Below, piece by piece: positions 37,827 through 47,497 of a DNA stretch of 49,633 nucleotides. The stretch is taken from contig BFEA01000025.1 of assembly GCA_003427395.1 (NCBI GenBank), forward strand, positions 1,550,650 through 1,600,282, given 5' to 3'. The position numbers and the translations under genes were made by a program. Position 1 is the stretch's first letter; each line of letters opens with the position of its first letter. The DNA is from Chara braunii. Taxonomy: Eukaryota; Plantae; Charophyceae. The notes under the pieces were generated by a model. The model saw only the letters and a program-made list of their open reading frames with translations, did no database searches and was not told the DNA's origin.

Positions 37827-38321
37827 TCATCTGGGCCGAACTCGTACTTGGTGCACCGACGGAACGCTACGGCTATCGCGCTGTCCGATCACTTGTTGGC
37901 GTCGTATGTTACAGGTCTCATAGTCTGACACGGCTGGCCTTAGCCGAAGGCTGTGCGGTCGTCGTTCTTCCTCCGAGCGGGTTCGCCAGATGAAGCCGGA
38001 GGCTCGGTACTCGTGGTCTTGCAAGCACTCCGAGCACGGGGGTTGGGGCCAATACGGAGCGATTGCATGCCAGGGGATGATGGTCAGCGAATGGAAGGGC
38101 AGTATGCGGTGGTAGGGAGGGAAGCTGATTTCCAGGAGAATTACTCTCGGTTCTGCGACAAGGAAGCACGTGTATGAGCTGGGGAATTCAGGGTGGTGGG
38201 GAATACGCTCGCGAGCTCGGTCGATGTCCCACTCGCAGATACATTCGTTTCCCACCGGGTATGGAAATTTAGGAAGTTCTCCCTTCGTTTCGGTGGTGCA
38301 GACAAACGCACATGTTCCCAA
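37827..38321 (-). CDS. LTR-embedded hypothetical protein, copy A (N-terminus probably damaged)
   Basis: Aligns at protein level with ORF 45340-45834 in the homologous LTR. Confidence 0.55.
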   Translation of the reverse strand: MGTCAFVCTTETKGELPKFPYPVGNECICEWDIDRARERIPHHPEFPSSYTCFLVAEPRVILLEISFPPYHRILPFHSLTIIPWHAIAPYWPQPPCSECLQDHEYRASGFIWRTRSEEERRPHSLRLRPAVSDYETCNIRRQQVIGQRDSRSVPSVHQVRVRPR

Positions 38322-38965
38322 TACTCCCAGGAATTACGGATCCCTCAGACACTCGTGGTCAGTAATTTGAAAACGGAGTTCAATATTCATATTGTGGGGT
38401 GAGGAGGAAACCCAATCACTCGGGAGGTAAGTCGAGTTCGGGTTTCGCACATGCGCGCGTAGGCAGCGATCGTTTTGATCGGGCTCGTGCGTGCGTGGAG
38501 CCTGTCCTCGGTCGGGTAGGTGAAAAACAGCGAGACACGCGATGGGTCGTTTTCCTAGAGATGGTCATCTATCATGCCTACCTATTCCATACACAGAAAG
38601 AATCACGCCTATCTATCATCGATGCAACTAGCTTACATAGAACCAGAAAGGATAGAGGATCATGCAACAATTTTTGTGGTCAATCATCCTAGAGATCGCA
38701 CACAACCCCCGTTTACTGGCAATCAATCAATCAGATTTGCCGATTCAAAAAGACAGAAAGTGGGGGAAGACAACCATACATCAATCTCTGAAAAGAAACA
38801 ACCATACATCAATCTCCGAAAAGAAACAAATGAAGGATCTGAGACACCGATTCAGAAAGGACAAGGGCGTCTTGCGCCGGATTTCAAAATTGCTCAGACG
38901 GAGAGAAGAAGGGCCAGAATTATTTGGAGGGATAGAAGAGAACACCACCACAACACATCCCTTCC

Positions 38966-39024
<59 letters not shown>
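38966..39024. repeat. (CT)n/(GA)n microsatellite in the solo LTR
   Basis: Directly visible; positional counterpart at 44853-44920. Confidence 0.95.
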
Positions 39025-39027
<3 letters not shown>

Positions 39028-39278
39028 AACATCCTGATGCGGGCAGTCTGTCGCCTCGCACCTACGTCGAGTTGTCACCCCGCTTAGCCCGAGCATGCCC
39101 GTCAGGTTCGCCCGTGTGCCATAGTCCGTTGCGGCCCCACGTCAACCCCGCACGCCCAGCACCGGCTCGTCGGATCGGCCAACTCTCTACTCACCTGCGA
39201 ACTCCTGCTCGTTAGCCGATCCTCTCGACCACGCTAACTCCAAAAATTCTTAGAGAGCGAATTAATCGTGTTTACGAA

Positions 39279-39285
39279 ATTTATA
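39279..39285 (-). promoter_or_regulatory. putative TATA box of the LTR
   Basis: TATAAAT on -, conserved at the homologous position 44596-44602 on +. Confidence 0.6.
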
Positions 39286-40404
39286 GCCTGCATACTCTAC
39301 GCGTGATACTCGGGAATCGGGATTGTGCTTAGGTTGGAGGAAGGAGGAGGAAGGAGGAGGAAGGACGTGCCTACGTCTGCATGGCCAGGCCGCGGCGTGG
39401 GGGATGTGGCCACACTCCATACATCGATCCGGTCATGCAAGCATTCAGGCCAATAGGATGGGGGAGAAGTATGCGCGCACAGGGGCGCCACAAAAGATAT
39501 CAAGAACAACAGGATTACAGTTGCAATCATGCCCGCCAGAACGAAAATTACAGTTACATGCGAGATTAAGGAGCGAAAAAGTCAGAACACAGATCCTGAC
39601 GTGGCCACGCGTGCACACGCAGGAAGCGCCGCGCAACAGAACTTGAGATGTGCCCAAACTCCTTATTCTAAATCCTAATTGCAAAAAGAAAATCCGAACG
39701 AGGCAAATTCCGGGAGTCCGCAAGGGCTCGACACCAGTTGAAAATTCAAAAAGATTTTCCCCGTGCGGCGTGTGACCCTCGCACCAAAATTCCCATTTCC
39801 CACAGCAGAACAAGAAAGAAGCTATGGCAACCGTTATTCATCGGGCTCGCTGAGGCGCGATCAACTATTAACCATCGTGGGACCAGAGCAACCTTCATTC
39901 GAAAGAGACAAGAACAGCAGGGGCACCCATGCAATCTGCCAGGCCATTCCGACTCAACCAATTTCATCCCCTGGTATAGCCTTGCGCAGAAATCCCCGCG
40001 GTTTGCAGAAAACAGTTCGTCACAACATTGTAAATGGTGTGACTGGGACTGGGAATCGACGGCACACCTTTGGCTGTACTGCCCCTTGGCAGATGAACTG
40101 TGGATCTTGTGGAATGCACTCTTGGAGATGATCACAGGCGGTTTCTGGCCTTGGTCTGATGATTGGATACTGTACCGCATCAAGACCCAGCAAGAGATTT
40201 CTTTCAGAGACAGCTGGGGTTATGTGGCTTTGGCTTCTTCAGGAGATCTGGAGGGCAAGAAACTCCCTCCTGTTTAAATGTTCTGTAATCTCGATTCAAG
40301 AACAAAAAGCTCAAGTCTGCCGGAATATTGGAAGTATGATAATGATAATGGTAGACTGGTAGAAGTGCCAGAAAAAGGGATTCCATTGAAAATGCTCTGC
40401 TGTG

Positions 40405-41784
40405 TGGACCGGAAGGCTCCCCCTTCTCGGCGCATGACTCCCCAGGCTGTTTTGGGAGGGCATGGGTGGAACGTGGTATAGTTCGCATCGTGGACTTATG
40501 GGATACAGTTCTCAGAAACTGGAAGTCAGAGGCAACCATTCGAAATCAGCTCCGGTATTTGCGCAATGTAGAATAACATTTAGCTGAAATTCAGAATGCG
40601 CTCCCTCCGAATTGGACCCCGTTACTTTACGGACAGGGGACTGGTAGTCTTTGGCTTAAGTCGATGAGTGCACACCAGCAACAGCCGCTGCAAAGCATGA
40701 TTCAGCATCAGTGCCAGCAGCAGCAACAACTACAGGAATATTGGAATTTGTTGGGGCCTGCAGCGGAGGGAGGTTATCAAATAGAGGTTTGGATAGAAAC
40801 AGCAACCACTCCCTTTACCACACTACTGTGTTTCAAGGAAAAGAGAGTGGTAGCATCCCTGGAACATACTGCCCAGACAGTTACTGAAGTCTCAGCCAAG
40901 GGTAGATCTCCTGGGAGAAATGCAGATAACGTGTCAGAAGCCCACCCGGAGGTCAGATTGGTGGCCAAAGGGAAAGCTCTACTCGATATGGCATTGAATC
41001 CGTTCGCTGTTGGATAGACCGACCGGAGGACTGGCAAACACATAGGCCTAAGCGGATATACTGCCAAAAAAGGAGTGGATCTCCTCCGACAGAAGAGCAA
41101 GAAGAAACCTGTGGATATAATAATGAATCGAAGGAAGGAGCAATCCTTACCTGAGATAGCCAGGAAAGACCTGCAGACCCACACTGGAAACAATTGAAGG
41201 TAATACCTTCACAGAAACAGGCCAGCATTTTAGCTCTGCACACATTGTTGGTTACAGCTTCAGCGATGTGGCTACATGATCTGAGAGGAATGGAGATCTC
41301 TACCACATGCACTCGTTGCAACTGGGCATGGGAAACCACAAGTGATCTGTGGTTGGCTTGCCCTCTCTCACAAAGAGTATGGACCTGGTGGGAACACCGT
41401 TGGAAACAGATTACAAAGGACATCTTTCCATGGAATGACAGTTGGATTCCACAAGGAATACTACCAGGTGGTATGCCTGCCTCAGTGGGATGGGGGTATG
41501 TCGCTCAGGTAGTGAGAGGTATTATTTTTGGGGTTATTTGGGCTGATTGTAATGATCAGGTCTTCAGAAACTCTCACCTCTCGCTGAAGTCTATCATTAA
41601 CAAAGTTAAGGCAGAAATCAGACACACTATAATTGCTGACTGGAGGAAACGAACTAGAGGAAAAAAGGGTGGCAGGCCTGCTAGGTGGTTCTCTAGAACT
41701 TGGGGTGGGAATGCACAGCTGGTTCTCTTCAAACCGGGTGGCGTGCTTCACTTTCCTTCGTGGTTATTAAAAGACGATGAATGA
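40405..41784 (+). mobile_element. LINE ORF2 C-terminal fragment 2
   Basis: GSPFSAHDSPGCFGRAWVERGIVRIVDLWD at about 40415-40505; CTRCNWAWETTSDLWLACP and IWADCNDQVF in ORF 41194-41784. Confidence 0.85.
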
Positions 41785-42289
41785 AAGGAAAACCCCTCAT
41801 GGGGACTGGCTGCTCTCAGACGAAATACGTGGTATTGCCCTGGTTTATATTGGACCGTCTTAGGCCGAATATTATGGGTGTTCTCGTGATTTGGACTAAG
41901 GTTGGAGTAACTGGTCGGGTTCTTGGGCCAATGCAGTTGCTCATAAGAATCCTAGCTAAATTTTGGTTGATAGTGGTTAGGTTTGGTAGAACTCCAACGG
42001 GATGATAGGGTACTTGGAAAATACTTTCTGCAAATGTAGCCTTTTTGCACGGGTTGATCTCTGTCTTTCTCTGGAAAGCTCTGGACAGGTTTCTTATTCT
42101 AGTATGGGACGCTGGACCCGGTCTCCAGCCTTTTGGGGCCTTCTTGTTTTAGTTTTGGTCTTGGCTTTGTTGTTAGGTTACTGATAACTTGTGATTAGTT
42201 AATAATGTTCTGAGTAAGGATGGTTTCTTTGAGCCTGATTTTTTGGTTCATAAGCTAAACTGGCTGAGGCTGTCAGGATAACTCGGGGT

Positions 42290-43600
42290 TGAATTGTGAG
42301 GTCCTGATCCATTACAACAGAATCTGACCCTACTGGCCAAATGGCCTGTGCAAGGCATGATGGAAGAAGGCACGAAGATATGGATGCATATGGCACAGTA
42401 CATTTTGGGTAAGGAGTGGGAACTGCAGGACCAGTCTAAAATATGGCTCTGTATGCTCCTGCCTTCCTTTAGCAACAGGAGGCCGAAGTCGAAACTCTGG
42501 AAAGGTATCTTAAAAGCCTGGCACAAGCTCAGGCCCAATAAGATCCACACTCCGACAATGAAACAAGAGGTGCTGAACCAGCTTCTTTTTGGAAATCCGT
42601 ATCTGGTCCAGCAGGATGGTACACCCTTCTCTGCAGAGGACACAGCGGGTTGCTTCGGAAGAACCTGGATCAAGAAAGGGGTAATGCAGATAAGAGATAT
42701 ATGTGACCCCTCATTGTCTTCCTTCAAAGATGAGGCCTCCCTCAGACAAATGCTACCACGTTTGCATAGAGTTGGAGATCATTTGAGGGACATCATAGCT
42801 GTGATTCCAAGGTCGTGGGTTCAGCTGTTAAGCGCAGACTCAGAAAATGATGAAGGCACTTGGTTACGAGACGAAGACAACCCAAACAGGGTGCTCCAAG
42901 TATTAGGCCCAGCCCTACCTTCAGGCATGCCGGTACAATCCTGGTGTCTGCCTGCAGGGTGTGGGCGGGAAGGTCTGCTAAAGTTGGAGAATAAGGAACA
43001 GCGGGTCCAGGACACCAGACATCTTCAAGAGGTAAGGGTCCTTACTCAGCGCGGTGGGCAAGGCAAACTTACAGTGACGTTGGGAAGATATGCGGCCCTC
43101 TACAAGGTGGAACCCAGCATGTTGGGATGGTCAGTTGACTGTAGCACACAGGGGAGCACAGCACGCTTTATACCCCTGCAGCAGTATCGCCCCAAGTTGG
43201 GAGTCGAGCTACAACAAGCCCAGCGGGAAAAGTCCCCTTTTTCTTTGGCACTAAAGAGAGCAGAACTGCATCAGCTGCAAGGAGTCTCCGCCCCCAGTCT
43301 TCGCAGATTCTGGAAAGGCCTCACCAGAAAGCCAGTCCAGAAACACGCAGGCATAATGTGGCTCCAATCTCTGATGGTTACTGCCACATCAGTTTGGTTG
43401 GCAGCCAAGGGAATGGACGTCCCCACAGAGTGCCTGCGGTGTAACTGGGGATGGGAAAACATGGTTCATCTGTGGGTCTGCTGCCCATTGGTTGACGAAC
43501 TCTCTACTTGGTGGAAGCAACAGTGGGAAAGAGGTGCAGGACCGCTTTTGGATTGGTCAGATCAGTGGATGTTGACGGGACTTCTTCCACAAGGCCTAAC
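42290..43600 (+). mobile_element. LINE ORF2 C-terminal fragment 3 (open for about 430 codons)
   Basis: DPLQQNLTLLAKW, NQLLFGNP, FGRTWIKKGVMQIRDI, CLRCNWGWENMVHLWVCCP. Confidence 0.88.
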
Positions 43601-43767
43601 TTATTTTGCAAGGCCTAACTTATTCTGCAGGCCTGGGTGTGACAAACTAGCTTCTGTAATGCGCGACTTTCAGCGCGAAGTGCTAAGCGGGGTCCCACAT
43701 CGATTGGATGGGTTGATGGAAAATTGCATGTGTGTTAATGCGCGACTTTCGGCGCGAAGTGCTAAGC

Positions 43768-44512
43768 NNNNNNNNNNNNNNNNNNNNNNNNNNNNNNNNN
43801 NNNNNNNNNNNNNNNNNNNNNNNNNNNNNNNNNNNNNNNNNNNNNNNNNNNNNNNNNNNNNNNNNNNNNNNNNNNNNNNNNNNNNNNNNNNNNNNNNNNN
43901 NNNNNNNNNNNNNNNNNNNNNNNNNNNNNNNNNNNNNNNNNNNNNNNNNNNNNNNNNNNNNNNNNNNNNNNNNNNNNNNNNNNNNNNNNNNNNNNNNNNN
44001 NNNNNNNNNNNNNNNNNNNNNNNNNNNNNNNNNNNNNNNNNNNNNNNNNNNNNNNNNNNNNNNNNNNNNNNNNNNNNNNNNNNNNNNNNNNNNNNNNNNN
44101 NNNNNNNNNNNNNNNNNNNNNNNNNNNNNNNNNNNNNNNNNNNNNNNNNNNNNNNNNNNNNNNNNNNNNNNNNNNNNNNNNNNNNNNNNNNNNNNNNNNN
44201 NNNNNNNNNNNNNNNNNNNNNNNNNNNNNNNNNNNNNNNNNNNNNNNNNNNNNNNNNNNNNNNNNNNNNNNNNNNNNNNNNNNNNNNNNNNNNNNNNNNN
44301 NNNNNNNNNNNNNNNNNNNNNNNNNNNNNNNNNNNNNNNNNNNNNNNNNNNNNNNNNNNNNNNNNNNNNNNNNNNNNNNNNNNNNNNNNNNNNNNNNNNN
44401 NNNNNNNNNNNNNNNNNNNNNNNNNNNNNNNNNNNNNNNNNNNNNNNNNNNNNNNNNNNNNNNNNNNNNNNNNNNNNNNNNNNNNNNNNNNNNNNNNNNN
44501 NNNNNNNNNNNN
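43768..44512. other. assembly gap (745 N)
   Basis: Run of N. Confidence 1.
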
Positions 44513-44850
44513 CCGGCCATGCAAACGTAGGCACTCCCTTTCCCCCATCTATCTACGTCCTTGTAATTCCGTGTTCTTCGCGCATGCATGCACACTATAA
44601 ATTCCGGCTGCGCGATTAACTTGCTCTCTTAGCAAACTGGAAGCTCGGGGTTGCGCGATGTGAGATCGGCACACAAGCAAAGTAAGAGGTGAGTAGAGGC
44701 GGAGTTGGGTGATCCGATGAGCTGACGCCGAATGCGAGGGGTTGACGTGGGCCACGACGGACTGTGGGCACGGGCGAACCTAACGGGTGCAAGAGGATTA
44801 AGCGGGGTGACAACTTCGCGGGTTGGTGCGCGACGACGGACTGTCCGCAT

Positions 44851-44852
<2 letters not shown>

Positions 44853-44920
<68 letters not shown>
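44853..44920. repeat. (GA)n microsatellite
   Basis: Directly visible. Confidence 0.95.
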
Positions 44921-44924
<4 letters not shown>

Positions 44925-45339
44925 GTTGTGGGGACATGGGTTTGCAGTTTTTTTAATCTCTTCCCCTCTCTTCTGTGTACATAAATTTTGACTGGGCGAA
45001 AGCCCCCTATCCTTCGATTCGATATCTCTGTTTTGCTTTTCGCCTGAATTGGCGCATCCTGCATTTCCTTCTCTTTTGATTGCCTTTTTGTCGACACGGA
45101 TGAATGGATGGAATGCGCATTGTTTCCTCTTGCGCCTCACTAATGTATGAGATTAGTTGCTCACAACCTCGTGAAGTTTTAATTGCATCGTGATGTGTAG
45201 ACGGAATTAGTTGCCCGCTATCATTAGGCTGGATGTATGTGCAGATTGTCTGTTTGAGTTCGTAATCGACGTCATCATCCCGACCCAAAAATTACGTCGA
45301 GCATATCCGAGAACCCATGTCTGAGAACCGCACACAACG

Positions 45340-45834
45340 ATGACACGGTCCTCAGGCTCTAGCTCATCTTGGGATAGGGAATACTTTGAGCCCTGGATTC
45401 AGGAATCCCGCCGGGAGTACTATTGCACGCGAGGAGCGTATCCGGAATTCCTGAATTACACGAGAAACCAAGTGTGCGAGCGGAAATTCCATCGGGCGAT
45501 AACCAACGATCCGCGCGGAGCAGACTATCCCGAACCGGATTACACACAATATTACACCTCTCCCGGATTCGTGGTTGTCGCCACTAATTACCCTCCCTTC
45601 CGTGTTCTCCTCCCATATCACCAGCTCACNNTGGTGCCCTGGCGGGTCATAGCCGCGTATTGGCCTGAACCGTGCAGANAGTGTTTACTCNGGCNCTACC
45701 CNCGTGCTCCTCGCTTTGACCAGCGCGCCCATAACCCGCGGCGTGGCCAACAATCGACCCCCTTTCGAGTCCCCAAGCAGGACGCGCGGCAGTCCCCCGC
45801 ACCCCGGTGGTCCCCATCAAACCCGAAGCGATGA
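45340..45834 (+). CDS. LTR-embedded hypothetical protein, copy B
   Basis: ATG-initiated 164-aa ORF with protein-level conservation to 37827-38321; contains a few ambiguous bases. Confidence 0.6.
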   Translation: MTRSSGSSSSWDREYFEPWIQESRREYYCTRGAYPEFLNYTRNQVCERKFHRAITNDPRGADYPEPDYTQYYTSPGFVVVATNYPPFRVLLPYHQLXXVPWRVIAAYWPEPCRXCLLXXYXRAPRFDQRAHNPRRGQQSTPFRVPKQDARQSPAPRWSPSNPKR

Positions 45835-46027
45835 GATAGGCGGTAATCGCGTGTTTGCCCTGCCCTACGGCAGTATTGCGCCCACGACCCATGAACTCGG
45901 CCGCAGAAGATCCCAGTTCCGACCTGGGACTTCAACCCCCACTTTCCCAAAAATCCTTGGCACACCCCTCTTCGCACTTCCAGGCCCCCATCCCACTCCG
46001 ATCAGGAAGTCGCCCCGGGCGTGAGGT

Positions 46028-46040
46028 TGGTATCGGAGCC
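46028..46040 (+). promoter_or_regulatory. primer binding site, tRNA-iMet type
   Basis: TGGTATCGGAGCC, 12/13 match to canonical TGGTATCAGAGCC. Confidence 0.8.
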
Positions 46041-46194
46041 CCACACATGGCTAAGCGATAAGGGTCTGTAGACTCAATACTGACTAAGGCGAGGCGATCT
46101 GGCTCCACGTAGGCGCCCTCCAGCTGGTAATATACATCGACGTAGTCCTGTAGCTACACGAAGCCCAACATCCGCCACAAGGCGAGCAGGCGCC

Positions 46195-47497
46195 ATGGCT
46201 GCGGCCGCTGCGGCGGCCATCCCCAATCAACCGCCTAACCCGCCTGCGCGAACCCCTGCGGCTCCACCGGATCTTTATTTATTTGACCCAGCACACCATC
46301 TCGCCGGAGCATGGTTAGCCACGCTCCGAGCTTAGCGGTATACGAACTATGAAGCTCAGATCAACATCCCCGCGCGGATGGGGGGAGACGCACATCATTG
46401 GTATAACACTTATGTATGGGTGGATCTTCCCACATTCGAGCGGGATTTCATGAACCACTTCGATTATGTTCACCCCGAACAAGCACTCTATATGATCAAG
46501 GATAGAGTCCAGAAACCACTCAAATCCATTACCGAGTATCAAAACAGATTTCATCGAATGTTTGTAAAGACTGAGCGGGGTGAGCAGGTAGGCCAGGACC
46601 TGTTCATTGATGGACTACGTAATAGAACGATTCGGGGGAAGCTACGTAAAAACTTCTCTCCCATTAATCACACGCTGCAACAAATTATGAACGCTGCAGA
46701 AGAGATGGAGCGGAAATTCGCAGCTAGCTTCTTAGAAAATGAGGATTACGGTAGAGAAGGAGACTCGTCCGAACTTGTGAAAGCAAGGGCGGAACTCGTC
46801 GCACTACAAAACAAATTCGAAAACATGGGATTCGTAGCCGGACCCGTTACGTATGTAGATTAGGTAACACCGAGGACCGCACCCCATGGAGCGACTATAG
46901 ACAGGCAGATTCCGGTAATGGCGTACCCAACCGTAACTCGGCCACCTCCGCCGCCACCCACCATCGAGTCACCCGCAAAAACGGGTGAGTCTACTGCTAT
47001 CTTGGAGCTAACTAAAACATTGGTTAGTCTAATCCAGGAAAGCAAGAAGGAACAGCGAGAGCACAACGCCCGATTAGAAGCTATGATGCGGAATATGCGA
47101 CCCATTGCGGTGCGAGCACCAATGCAGGGAGGCATCGCTGCTTCCCAAGTGGCAGCGGGGCCAGCCAGGACCGCGACAAATGCCTGTTTTACATGTCATC
47201 AACCGGGACACTTGGCCCGAGATTGCCCCCATCGTGCCATGCAGCCTCGAGCCGGGATCGCGCCTGCAGCTGCAGCTCCCATAGCTAACGGTCCAGGACG
47301 TGTAGGAGCCGTAATGGATGATCAGGGGGGAAGTACGGGAATGATGATTTCCAGTGAGGAAGCAGCTGAGCTTATCCCGCTGGAGCAGTACGTATCACTA
47401 GGATACCCGGGGCTGGGAATGATTGGGACAATTCAACCGGAACTCGAGTCCAGAGATGTTGCCGAATAGCGGCCTTCGACGAGCGAAATGGAGACGG
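46195..47497 (+). pseudogene. gag: gag with CCHC zinc knuckle; in-frame stops; truncated by an LTR insertion
   Basis: One frame from ATG 46195 with TAG at 46333, 46861 and 47467; GDAHHWY..SITEYQNRF..FIDGL gag motifs; CFTCHQPGHLARDC. Confidence 0.88.

Larger units (their letters stand above)
37609..40024 (-). mobile_element. solo LTR (2416 bp)
   Basis: Perfect 7-bp terminal inverted repeats TGTGACG...CGTCACA and ACAT target duplication (37605-37608 / 40025-40028); reverse-complement homologue at 44513-46027. Confidence 0.92.
36490..40400 (+). mobile_element. LINE (L1/Tx1-like) ORF2 C-terminal fragment 1, split by a solo LTR
   Basis: DP..QNLALLAK, NQLLFDNP, RAWVERGILQIKHIWD, then the zf-RVT-like CKWCDWDWESTAHLWLYCP resumes at 40029. 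Confidence 0.85.
44513..46027 (+). repeat. 5' LTR (partial; start lost in the gap) of the same family as the solo LTR
   Basis: Reverse-complement similarity to about 39390-37620 at both ends; TATA box and GA tract; followed by PBS and gag. The terminal CA is missing. Confidence 0.85.

Noticed and set aside
43590-43767. Short duplications (19 bp and about 31 bp) beside the gap
   Set aside because: Adjacent to a contig end and too short to interpret; may be assembly noise.
42348-44600. 750-aa ORF and other ORFs spanning 43670-44619
   Set aside because: Length inflated by the 745-N gap; only about 42290-43600 is real LINE-derived coding sequence.
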